A DNA stretch of 64,000 bases. Origin: Camelus dromedarius (taxonomy: Eukaryota). The notes under the pieces were generated by a model, which was not told the origin of the DNA, did no database searches, and saw only the letters and a program-made list of their open reading frames with translations. The stretch spans positions 73,224,001-73,288,000 of the forward strand of contig NC_087436.1 of assembly GCF_036321535.1 (NCBI RefSeq). Direction: 5' to 3'. Shown piece after piece: positions 1-11,800 of the stretch. Position numbers and translations under genes: made by a program. Position 1 is the first letter of the stretch; each line of letters starts with the position of its first letter.

Positions 1-704
1 TAATTGTGAGCTCTCTGATAAGCAATCTAACGCTTGGGTGGAAAGCAGTTTTAATGGAGCCTTTATTTCCTTGGAAACCAGCCTCCGGTGCAGAGCACTG
101 AGTACTCGAACATCAACAGCAGCAAATCCACTCCAAGCACAACAGAACAAGCAAATATCCTTTATTTAACAAATTTGAATGCTTTGCCTCCTCACTGGAG
201 GCAAGCTGCGGGGGGCGGACATTTTCTTCTAAAGCTTGTTCTCTAATCCATCACTTCTCAAACTCCTTTAAAAGAGTGTAAGTGGAAAAATACACTATGT
301 TGTAGTACACAGCAGAACAGATAGTTGAGGTTGTTGGTTGCTACAGACAACTAGCTCAAGGGCTCCATCCCAGTATCACCTGTAGTACCAAAGGGGAGCG
401 GTATCTTGGCACAGGGCATCCCCCGTTTGTGTGGCTCAGCGAATTCCAGGGCTGAAAATAGACAGGTGGCACGTACTTCACACATCCCTGATACTGACAC
501 TGAACAGTGGACCCGGGAGGCTTCCACTAGAACCACAGCCTCCATGCCCCTGAAAACTGGGTGTCATCGTGGCCACCACTGTTGCCATCTCAGAGTGGAT
601 TGTGCCTGGCTTATTTCATGGAGCTGGGAGGGTGATTTGGTCCGTTGTTTTCCGGTGAGTAGTCTCCAAGCCTGGTTATCCAGGCTTTTTCGGAAAGTAT
701 AACC

Positions 705-1720
705 TCTCTTTATTTAATATTTTAAATTCATTCACATTGTTCTAAGCTCAAAGCACAACAATAAGAGATGCTAAAGAAGTTTCCTTCTCCCTTTGCACCC
801 CATCGGCCCTCAGACCTTCAGGTAACCACTCTTAAAAGTTTGTGTAGGGGTAGGGATACCTTAGGAGTTTGGGATTAACAAATACACACTACTATATATA
901 AAACAGATAAACAACAAGGACCCACTGTATAGCACAGGGAACTATATTCAATTTCTCATAATGAGCTGTAATGGAAAAGAATCTGAAAAAAAATACATGT
1001 ATGTATTACTGTACAATCACCTTCCTGTACACCTGAAACTAACATTGTAAATAGACTGCACTTCAATAAGAAAACAAGAATTTTTTAAAAAATTTTAGGT
1101 ATCCTCCCAGCTTTTCTTTTTGCAAGCATAATGAACACAAATATTATTTTCAATTCCTTTTCTTGCACAAATGGTAGCAGTGCTATCCACATACTATGTG
1201 TCTGTATGCATTCTCTTACAACTTCCTTTTTTTACTTAACAAAATATCCACATGGGTACACAGAGCGCCTTCTCATCCTCTTTTACAGTGACACGGAATT
1301 CCATTGCGTGGATGCACCACAGTTTATTTTAACCAGTATCTATTGATGTTCATTTGGCTTGTTCCCAATTTTTAGCTATTGTAAACAGCGCTATATATGT
1401 CATTTTTTACGAATATAGATATGTCTTTAGAAGAATTCCCAGAAACAGGACTACTGGGTCAAAAGATAAGTGCATTTGTAATTTAGATAAATATCACCAA
1501 ATTGATCTCCAGAGAAGTTTATCATTTTGTACCCCTACCAGCAATGTCTAGGGGTGCCTATTCCTCCAGAGCCTTGCTAACAGAGTATGTTATCCAATTT
1601 TTGGACTTTTGCCATCCTGATAGGTGAAAAATGAAGTCTTAGTGTAGTTTTAAATTTCATTTATCTTATTGTGAGGGAGGTTTATCATCTTTTCATTTGT
1701 TTAAGGCCATCTGCATTTCC
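705..1720 (-). mobile_element. Ancient L1 (L1ME/L1MB-like) 3' region, antisense, interrupted by a younger L1 at 846-1080
   Basis: Antisense L1 hallmarks: 'gtaaccactct', 'attccattgcgtggatgcaccacagtttattttaaccagtatctattgatgttcatttggcttgttcccaatttttagctatt', 'gactactgggtcaaaagataagtgcatttg', 'cctaccagcaatgtctagg'. Confidence 0.75.
846..1080 (+). mobile_element. 5'-truncated cetartiodactyl-type L1 3'UTR
   Basis: 'ttaggagtttgggattaacaaatacacactactatatataaaacagataaacaacaaggacccactgtatagcacagggaactatattcaa...cttcaataa' plus A-rich tail; visibly similar to 15240-15440. Confidence 0.9.
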
Positions 1721-4029
1721 TAATAGTAAGGCCTCTTTCTTCTGGAATTAGCCCAAGCTAGTTTCTATTGCTATAGACTGTTACACTATTTAAAACCCCT
1801 TTCTCCTGGAAGCCAGAGTGTCTCCCCATGTATTTATTTTTATATTTGGTCCTTGAAGGACCAAGATGGAAGAAGTGGATTTCACCTGAAGTATCCATCC
1901 TTCTAGAGATAAAGGAAAAGGAGTCCCAAGTGACTGTGGGTGGCCTCTGCCTCCAACTTTGGCTCCAGCTTCCCAGGCTTTATCAGGTCTTGCTGTTAAG
2001 TGCTTGAGTTGGGAATAGGCAATATGGTGTCCTGTTAATACACCATTTTTTAAAGTTTTAATTCCACTTCATGGGTCAATAACTTCGAAACATCCATAGA
2101 TGTTGCATTCCTATATCTTCTTCCTCTTTGCTCTATTCTCTTCCTGCCTTTACCTTATTTTTCCTTCCTTTTATTATTCCTGAGGAAGTCAATCATTATA
2201 AACTGAGGGAGTGAGTGAAGTTGATCAAACCATCACAAGTTTCCTCAGTTCTCCTTCAGCATACATTGTTTTTCCCAGTGGATTTCAAAGACTTCTGCAG
2301 TCTCGATATTTAATCTAACACCAACATGTGGATTCCTCCAAGTCAGTATCTCAACTTGGAGGCAATCAGGACTGGGAAGAAGCCATGCTGAAGGTACAGG
2401 GCTGAGGAGAACTCTCCTGGCCTCAGAGATCAACTCCAACCAAGCAGACTGACAAAACTCCAGCACCAAGCAAGCAAAAGGCATTACTGAGAGGTTGAAG
2501 CCAGCAGACAAGACTCAGCACCAGAAAATCTAACAAGATACAGTACTTTTTATTACAGGGAGGCCCCAGCAAGTCTGCCCAGACATGGCAGGGTCCCATC
2601 AGAGGGCATGGGCAGGGGTAAATACAGGCTATGGGAACTAATACCAAGAAGGACTGGGGCGGGGCTTACATGGAGTTCAAGGTTGAGTACTGGTGCCAGA
2701 GAGGATTATGTAACAGATAGAAAAGAAATGTTGGGTGAAGAGTCAATGAGAAAAGTCAGTCCTCCAGCCCAGTCCCAATTTATAAGAAGAAGAAAAAAAT
2801 GCTATCAAGAGCTCCATGGAAACCTAAAACTGGGCCCAAATTTTGATACGGTCTTTGGATGAAATGTCATTTTAACATGGCCTATAAAACAAGCCATTAA
2901 AATTTCAGTCTTTAAAGTGACATCAGCATAATGGCAGAGTAGGATAACCTGGACCCTCTCTCTTCCCACAAACACACTGATTCAGCACCAATTCACACAT
3001 AATTCCCTTTTTGAGAAATCCAGAAACTAATTGAAAGAATCCTGCACCCAGGGTGAATGTGAAACCAGACTCACTAAAGCTGGTAAGGAGATGTGGGACA
3101 TCCACACAACAGAATCCCTGCCAGCACAGGGAGAGGTCAGGAAGAGATCCCCTAGTTCCAGCTTCTTCTAGGGAGGGGAAGAGTTGGTTTAAATGTTCAG
3201 CACCTCAAATTTTCTGAAGGTGCTCCCCAAAGGACTGCCTCCTGTCTTGCCAGTTTTAGAACTCTGATGATTCCAGCACAGTTTAGCCAGCTGGAGAAGA
3301 ATGGAGATGGTAGCTTGGGCTGGTAAATTCCATAGCTCTTTCCCTTGGCTCAGCAAAGAGCAAGCAGACAAAAAGCACAGATGCTGGCTTCTCCATGAGG
3401 AGATAAAGAGCTGGCCCAAGCATCCAATGCAACAACTTTTCCAGGAGCTGCCCAAACAAAGGACAAGCTTCTGACTTGTTTGTCTCAAAATGCTGATGAG
3501 ACCTGGCATACTCTAGCCCCTTGGGTGCTAGTGAGAACAGAGATGGAGATTTAGGCAGGCAATTGTCACAGCACTCCCAGCTCAGCCCAGAACAGGTGGA
3601 GAAAAACTCTAGCTCCCATCTTTTCCCTGGATAGGAAAAGAGTTGGACAGAGCATCCAATAAGCCAGCTTTTCTGGATGCTACCTGAGGAACAGGCTTGG
3701 GTCCCATTTGTCCCAATGCCCAGATGAGACTAGATATACCCTAGACACCTGGGGGACTGCAGAGAACACAGAAAATGGTTTCAACCATTAGGAAGGTTTG
3801 AGAGACCTCCAGAATCTCTGGCCAGGCTGATTGGTGGCGGTCTTCTTTCATATGAAGTCAGTCCATGAACACTAAGAGAGGCAGCCCCTTTGTCTAATGC
3901 ACAGACACCAACAAAGAGTCAAAGAAAATGAAGATGCAGGCAAAGATGTTCCAAATAAGGAACAAGGTAAATCTCCAAACACACTGACCCTAATGAAATA
4001 GGAGTTATATTATTTATCTGACAGAGAAT

Positions 4030-5440
4030 AAGAGATAAAAATCTTATGATTTTCCAAACAGATGCAGCAAAAGTATTTGACAAAATTCAATGCCCTTTCA
4101 TGATAAAAAAAAAAAAAACTCAACAAACTGAGATTAGAAGTAAATCACCTCAAAAAAAAAAAAAAACCCATATATGAAAATCCCACAGAATACATCATAG
4201 TCATTGGTGAAAAACATAAAGCTTTTCCTGTAAGATCAGGAACAAAGCAAGGATGCCCACATGTGTCACTTTTATTTAACATAGTACTGAAGTCCTAGCC
4301 AGAAAAATTAGGGAAGAAAAAGAAATAAAAGATATGCAAATCAGAAAGGAAGAAGTCAAATTGTCCCTATTTGCAGACAACAGGATCTTACATGAAGAAA
4401 ATCCTAAAGACTTCATAAAAGAAAATAAACTGTTAGAACTAATAAACAAATTCAGTTAAGTTTCAAGATGTGAAATCAACATAAAGTAATCAGTTGCATT
4501 TCTGTGCACTATCAACAAATTATCTGAAAAGGAAATTAGAAAGCAATCTCATTTACAATAGCACCAAAAAAATAAAATGCTTAGGAATAAAGTTAACTAA
4601 GGAGATAAAAGACTTATCTACTGAAAACTACAAAACACTGATGGAATTAATTAAAGAAGACACAAGCAAATCAAAAGACACCCCATGTTCATGGTTGGAA
4701 TTAATATTGCTAAAATATATATACTAACAAAAGCAACATACAGAGTCAATGCAATCTATATCAAAATCCCAATGGCATTTTTTTTAAATAGAAAAAACTA
4801 TTCTAAATTTCATTTGGAACCACAAATAGCCAAAGCAGTCCTGAGAAAGAACAACAAAGCTGGAAGCATCACAGATTCTGATTTCAAAATATATTACAAA
4901 GTTACAGTCATTAAAACAGTATGGTACTGGCATAAAGGCAGTCATATAGACCAATGGAACAGAATAGAGAGTCCAGAAATAAATCCATGCATATATGATC
5001 AACTGATTTTTGAAAAAGGTGCCAAGAATACACAGTGGGTAAATGACAGTCTCTTTAACAAACAGTGTTGGGAAAACTGAATATCCACATGCAAAAGAAT
5101 GAAACTGGACCTTTATCTTACGTTTTACACAAAAATCAACTCAAAAGGGATTAGAGATTTAAACATGAAAATTGAAACTATAAAACTTCCTAGAAGAAAA
5201 CTTAGAGAGAAATCTTCATGACATTGGCCTTGGTAATGATTTCATAGATATGAGACCAAAAGCACAGACAACAAAAGCATAAATAAATAGGACTACATCA
5301 AGCCAAAAAGCATCTGCACATCAAGAAGTCAATCAACCGAGTAAAAAGGCAATCTACAGGATGGAGAAGATTTTTACAAACAATGTTTCTGATAAGATAA
5401 TAATCTCTAAAATACATAAGGAATGCCCATAACAATAGCA

Positions 5441-5503
<63 letters not shown>

Positions 5504-6060
5504 TTGATTTTAAAATGAGTTAAGGACTTGAATAGACATTTCTCCAAAGAAGGCACACAAATAGCCAACAGGTATATGAGAAAAATGCTCAACATCACTA
5601 ATTATGAGGGAAATGCAAATCAAAACCATGAAATATCATGTCATACCTGTCTGGATGTCTACTATCAAAAAAAAAAAAAGACAAAGTGTCTGCAAGGATG
5701 TGGGGAAACTAGAACCCTGTTCACTTTTAGGAATGCAAAATGGTGCAACTCTATGGAAAATAGTATGGCAGTACCTCAGAGAATTAAAAATAGAATTACT
5801 ATAAGATCAAGCAATCCCACTTTGGGGTATTTAGCCAAAAACACTGAAATCAGGATCTGAAAGAATTATTAGCGCTCCATGTTCATCACAGAACTATTGA
5901 CTATAGCCAAAAAGTAGAAATGTGAACGTCTTCCAACAAATGAATAGAGAAAATGTGGTATATACATACAAGAGAGTATTATTCAGCCTTAAAAAAAATA
6001 TGTGACATTGATGAATCTTGAGGACATTGTACTAAGTGAAATAAGCTAGTCACAGAAAGA
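4030..6060 (+). pseudogene. Disrupted L1 ORF2 (reverse transcriptase and C-terminal part)
   Basis: Fragments 4494-4727, 4685-5080, 5528-5860 and 5604-5804 translate to L1 ORF2 peptides in shifting frames, with multiple stops and frameshifts. Confidence 0.9.
5441..5503 (+). repeat. (AAT)n microsatellite, ~20 units, inside L1
   Basis: Direct reading 'aataataat...'; explains the poly-Leu ORF 5407-5598. Confidence 0.98.
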
Positions 6061-7592
6061 CAGATACTGCATGATTCCATTCATTGGAAGTATTATCCAA
6101 AATAGCCAAGTTCATAGAATTAAAGAGTAAGATGATGGTTGCCAGGGGCTGCAGGGAGGGAGATGTAGGGTTACTTGTCAACAGGCATAGGGTTCCAGTT
6201 AATTAAGGTGAGTAAGTTCTAGAGGTCTGCTGTCCAGCATTGTACCTATAGCCAACAGTACTGTACTGTACACTTCAATATTTAAGAGGGTAGATCTCAT
6301 GTTAACTGTCCTTACCACAATAAAATTTTATAGAAGAATGAATTTAAAAATGTTGTATTAGACACTTCAATTATGTGCAGTTTATTATGTGTCAATTATA
6401 CCTCAAAAAAGCTTTCTTCCAAAAAGAAATGTAGATTTGCTGCCTGGAGTCCTATCACATTTCTGTGAAGCACAAATACCTTTATCATCCATTCTAAATT
6501 AAATATCTTCCATAATTTAAAATAAATTTTTAGTCTTAAAAAAAATGACAAAAAATTTGGGCAAGAGATAGCCTCCTTCCACCACAGACCCTGGACGAGT
6601 AAAACACAAGGCCAAGGGCAGAGTCAAGAGTGGTGAGGGGTGGGGACTGGGGACGCCACGGCACACATCACTTGGTCATTAAAAAATAAAAGCAGTATTA
6701 TGTTTTTCACGTTGAGCCACTTTGAAGAGAGCCGTATCAAAACATTCTGCTTCACCAAGACTTTCTCCAGGTACACTAGAGCCCCAAGACTGCTGGGCCC
6801 CAAACAAGCGTGGCACTTGGGAGCCCTCGAGTTGAGGTCAAATCTCCGGATGGTAACTTGGCTGACCAGGGTTATGTCAAGCCTCACCAGACTCACTGTA
6901 CTATCAGAATTCCCTCAGAACAAGGGCAGCCTGGACCTGCAGAGAGAAATTCATCAGAAGGTTTAAGCCCACGAATTTGGTAAGGACAAACTTGAGAGAC
7001 CAGAAGAGAAGCACACAGACCATCTCTTTTCCCGCCAATCCAGAGCCAGCGTCTGGCCATCATATACAGCTCGTCTTACTCCCTTAGGCCCAGCCAGATT
7101 TCCCACGATGAATCAGAGAGAGCACAGTACGTGATACTTACCTAGATTACATCAGATCTCGTGAAACTTTTGTATATGACAGTTGATTATGTAAGATTAT
7201 AACGGTCCACATGGAAAACATTCACTAATTTTACATTTCTTCATGTTTTCTTTACTGGATCTCATGGGGTATGTAAAGTTGCAATTCCAAATAAAATCTT
7301 TCTCAATGCACAAGCAAAAACAACCCACCTCTTTAAACTTCCTTTGCTCAGAATCTAGATCACAGAAAGACTATAAATCTCAGCTAAGTATAAAATAATT
7401 GCTCTCTTGTAAGTGATATTATTCCAATTGATTAACTTCCTACTTTTCTGTCTTCCTTTCTGTCATAAGTATGTTCATGTGACTCCCTGAAATGAAACTG
7501 TCCCTCTGACATAAATAGGACCCTGTACATTAGCTACTGTCACCAGCACCGCCTCCCCAACATCTCATTAGGGTTAGGCTTTTGGCAGTTGG

Positions 7593-7640
7593 GACTATCA
7601 ATAATATTACTAGGCTGACTATCAATAATATTACTAGGCT
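7593..7640. repeat. Perfect 24-bp tandem duplication
   Basis: gactatcaataatattactaggct x2. Confidence 0.97.
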
Positions 7641-8747
7641 AAGCTTATGAAGTTTCATTTTTGTGGGGGTTTTCTTGTCTAAACCCTCTAATCCAGGCAT
7701 TTGCAAACCAGCCATAACAGAGTGTCCTCTGAGCATTCAGGCAGACATTAACTAATTCATTTGCTACACTTTCCTCTTTGGGGGTATGGGCATGTAATAC
7801 AATACTTGTCAGAACACTCTGGCAGACACGGGAACAGTTTTGACAGGATACTAATATTGCGCCTTGATAATTTATTGAAACCACCTGGTTTCAGATATCT
7901 TGAATTCAGATATTCAGATATTAAAGCTCCAGATAATACCTGAATGTGTTACTTTGAAATTTTTCAAACCTACAGAAAATTTGAAGGAAGCAAATAAGGA
8001 TCATCCATATACCTTTCCTCTAGATTCAACAATTTTAAATATTTTGTCACATTTGTTTTACCTCACTTTCTCGGGGAGGGGGGAGGGTGTAATACCATTT
8101 GAAAATAAATTGCGGACAGCATGATACATCAATCCTAAATATTTCATCACTTATCTCTCAACAATAAGAACATTCTCCTATATAAGCATAATATCTTTAT
8201 TGTACTCAAAGTATTTAACCTTGACACAATATTATCAAACATACAGTTCATGTTCAAACTTTTCCAATTGATCTGATAAAGTCTTTAAAGCTGTTTTTCA
8301 ATTTTTTTTTTTTAACCCAGGGCCCAATCAAGGAGGGCACGTTGCATTTTGTTATCATGTCTTTCTCGTTTCTTTTCACGTGGAACACTTCTCTACGTCA
8401 TCTACCTCCCTCTTCCCAAACTTTTTTTGGTCTTTTATCATATTAGCATGTTTTAAGAGTCCCAGTCAGTTGTTCTGTAAAGTGTTCCACAACCTGGATT
8501 TGCCTGATCATTTCCCTATGATTCGATGCAGGTTAAATATTTTTTGGCAAGATTTTGACGACATTATGTAAGTGCTGTTGTGTGATCCCCATTACATCAC
8601 ATTAGGAGAGAGAAAATGCCCTGTTACTCATGATGCTAAGTCTGGTTGCTTGGTTAAAGAGTCTACCATACTTTTTCATTGTAAATGTACTTTTGCCCTT
8701 CACAATAGATAAAATACTAAATGACACTTTAACATGATGTGCGTATT

Positions 8748-8750
8748 CAT

Positions 8751-8784
<34 letters not shown>

Positions 8785-8792
8785 ATATATAT
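8748..8792. repeat. (TA)n/(TACA) microsatellite
   Basis: Direct reading. Confidence 0.95.
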
Positions 8793-8797
8793 GACAT

Positions 8798-9950
8798 ATT
8801 TAGAGCAGTTCGAGGTTCACAGCAACACTGAGTAGAGGATACAAGAGGTTTCCCATATAACCCCTCCCCACACACATGCATCACCTCCCCTACTATCCAC
8901 ATCTCCTACCAAATGGGTCCATTTATCACAACTCTTGATCCTACATTGATGCATCATTATCACCTAAAGTCCATAGCTTATATTCTATGGGTTTGGACAA
9001 ATGTATAATGACATGGATCCACTATTATGGTACCATACAGAGTAGTTTTAATGCCCTAAAAATCCTCCATGCTCTGCCCATTCAGTTCTCCCTCGCCACT
9101 AACCCCGGCAACCACTGATCGTTTTACTGTCTCCATAGTTTTGCCCTTTCCGGAATGTCCTATAGCTAAAATCATACAGTATGTAGCCTTTCCACATTGG
9201 CTTATTTTATTTAGTAATATGTATTCAAAATTCCTCCTTGTCCTTTTTTTTCCAATTGAAGTATAGTTGACTTATAATATTATATTAGTTTCAGGTATAC
9301 AACAAAGTGATGGATATTTTTATAGATTACATACCATACAAAGTTATTATAGCATTATTGACTATATTCCTTATGCTATACATTACATTCCTGTGATGTA
9401 TTTATTTTATAACTGACAATTTGCACCTCTTAATCCCCCTCACCTATTTTGCCCATCTCCCAACCCCTCTCCCTCTGGCAACCACTAGTGTATTCTCTGT
9501 ATCTGTGAGTCTGCTTCTGTTTTGTTATATTAGTTCATTTGTTTTGCTTTTTAGATTCCACAAAGAAATAAAAGCATACAATATTTGTCTTTCTCTCTCT
9601 GACTTGTTTCACTTGGCATAATACCATCTAGGTCCATCCATATTGTTGCAATTGCAAGATTTCCCTTTTATGGCTGAGTAATATTCCATTGGGGGTATGT
9701 ATGTATCTCACATCTTTATGCACTCACCTGTTGGTAGACATTTAGGTTGCATAGCCCATTTCATTTTAGTGCTGAATGATATTTCATTGTCTGGAAACAT
9801 AACAGTTTATTTATCCATTCACTTACTGAAAGACATCTTGGTTGCTTCCATGTTTTGGCCATTATGAATAAAGCTGTTATAAAATCTGTACAGGGTTTTG
9901 TGCGCACATAAGTTTTCAACTCCTTTGGAAAAATACCAAGGATCCCACTT
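8798..9950 (-). mobile_element. L1MC1/2-like 3' end, antisense, split by a younger L1 at 9245-9750
   Basis: 'ttagagcagttcgaggttcacagcaacactgagtagaggatacaagagg', 'cattatcacctaaagtccatag', 'ggtttggacaaatgtataatgacatgga'; resumes at 'atagcccatttcattttagtgctgaatgatatttcattgtctgg'. Confidence 0.85.
9245..9750 (-). mobile_element. Younger L1 3' end, antisense
   Basis: Poly-T, then 'attgaagtatagttgacttataatattatattagtttcaggtatacaac', 'cctctggcaaccactagtgtattctctgtatctgtgagtctg', 'ggctgagtaatattccattg'. Confidence 0.88.
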
Positions 9951-11800
9951 GCCTGCATTGATTATTATATTGTTGGTGGCAAAATAATGATTTTCTAATG
10001 TAGTCATCCCTTCCACATGTACTAGTTGCCATTCTTTTGTAAAGAAGAGCTTTTATGGCTCTCCCCACCACCACTATTTTTTAAAATTTCTATGGAACAT
10101 AATTCTTTTAAAATTCAGTATGTTATAATCCATTGTTGTCATGCTCATATTTTTACAAATGTAGTCAGAGCAACCAGCTGAAAGTTAGTCAAATGTATAA
10201 TTTTACTACATTATCACGTATTATAATTCATTACAAGAAGCAGTCATGCTGTGTTCAAATACTAGTTTTAACCTTCAGTCCCCAATCAGTTGGAAATTAG
10301 TAATATAACTTAAATGTTCCCCCAAATCAAGCACCCACCTTCTAGAATCTATCTTCTCCTTATTTTTCAAATAAAGTAACTTGTGCTCCCATCCCACAGT
10401 ATCGTAGGAAATCCAGCAGCATTCCCAATATTTCCAAAGGTTTGGGGCTGTGAGAGCAAGAAATAGTCTCCTCTGATTACCTGTCTCCTTTCACAACCAA
10501 CCCAATTCCTCATCACCTCCTGCCAACCTAATGCCACTTGTGCCTGTTGCCATCCCCTGCCATATTTCTCCCAACCATGCATTCAACACCTTCTTCACTT
10601 CTCAAGGCTTTGCAGAAAATATAGAGAAGTCATAACATCAAATAGGAAGTAACTGAATATTCCACATCACCTATCATGGCTCTACGACCTTTCTCTGAGT
10701 TGTTCATTGCTTTAATCCTCCTTATTCAGTCTACCATAGCTCCTCTCACATCATCTCCGCCTCTAAGACAAGCACCAGGCACCATACAAATGGAATGACT
10801 ACAGCAAACACTTCATTCATGGGCTAGGTCTAGAGTCACTCAACAGTTTTCAAGTTCCCCAGTCAATAACATCATTTTCCTCTTTGCCTCACTCATCCTA
10901 CTTATGTATATCCTTTCAATCACCTTCCTGCCTCCTCACCTTGGCAAATCATCTTTGCATCATCTTCAGTAGTGGCCCTCCTGGCATCCTGTCCCTACTG
11001 GCTAATCCCAGGTAGCCATCCCTCTGAGCTCACCCCAACCTCCGGATAAGACTCTTAGCAGTACATTTCTTTTGGCCATCTGCTCCTTATGGCCACCTCT
11101 CCTAACCTCTTATCACTGTTCACAGCTCTCTCTATGGAAAAGCTGTCAATCTACTGCACCAGCCCCACTTCTTATACATTGATTCTTGAACTTTCCGTTG
11201 TGACCAAACCAGTTCATCTGATTCTTTATAGGATAGGAGGGTCTGTTGAGTCACAACTGCGATTATGAGTCAGAACATTTCAGTTCTCAGGAGGAGGAAC
11301 ATGAGAAATATGATCCCTCCCAGGAAATAAACACATGACAAATATGTGAGATCAACTCCTTACTTCAAAAATCATACCCATTCACACACACACACACTCC
11401 TTCTATTTATGTTACTCTTGCCTATGGCATCTGGAGGAGAGAAAGAAAGAAAAATTGCCATTAAAGAGATAAGGAAGTCAATGGTCCAAATTGCAGTCTT
11501 CACAAGTGGCAGCTCCAGGAAGTAGCAATGACTCTGCTGAGTCATCATGAGTTTCCTACCTCATTTAGTACATATAACCTGGCCCAATGCCATGGCAGTG
11601 AGAACCTTTAAACAAACAATTACAAGCAAGACTGATGACCAGGAAACAGGGGTCAGGTCTTAGCCTGGGGCCTAGATTACATGGGCTTCAGTGAAATATG
11701 AAACAATCATTACTTAATTATGAGTCCATTTATTTGTGGGAGACTTTTAATAAATAAATACAATCAGTAGGTTGAGAAGGAATTAATCGATGGCACCCTT

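Larger units (their letters stand above)
2917..6330 (+). mobile_element. L1MA8/9-like LINE-1 retaining both ends, with a large internal deletion (5'UTR + ORF1 start joined to ORF2 RT, C-terminus and 3'UTR)
   Basis: 5' end 'gacatcagcataatggcagagtagg'; RT motifs 'DAAKVFDKIQ' (~4061), GTKQGCP (4239-4259), LSLFADN (decayed FADD, 4361-4381); ORF 4685-5080 contains L1 ORF2 '[29 protein letters not shown]'; 3' end 'gagggtagatctcatgttaactgtccttaccacaataaaa'. Confidence 0.92.
7940..10150 (-). mobile_element. Ancient L1ME/MD-like antisense 3' region (host of nested insertions)
   Basis: 'tttttcaaacctacagaaaatttgaagg', 'aacaataagaacattctcctatataagcataat', 'gttaaatattttttggcaaga'; resumes after ~9950. 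Confidence 0.65.

Noticed and set aside
2520..2870. Possible ancient LTR remnant (similar impression at ~27980-28300 and ~57890-58230)
   Set aside because: Too degenerate to support a family call or boundaries by eye
4685..5080. 131-aa ORF with recognisable protein motifs
   Set aside because: Fragment of disrupted L1 ORF2, not a host gene
5407..5598. Poly-leucine, signal-peptide-like ORF
   Set aside because: Translation of an (ATT)n microsatellite within L1
7134..7150. 'atacttacct' resembling the U1 snRNA 5' end
   Set aside because: Similarity stops after 10 nt; it is simply the complement of a splice donor
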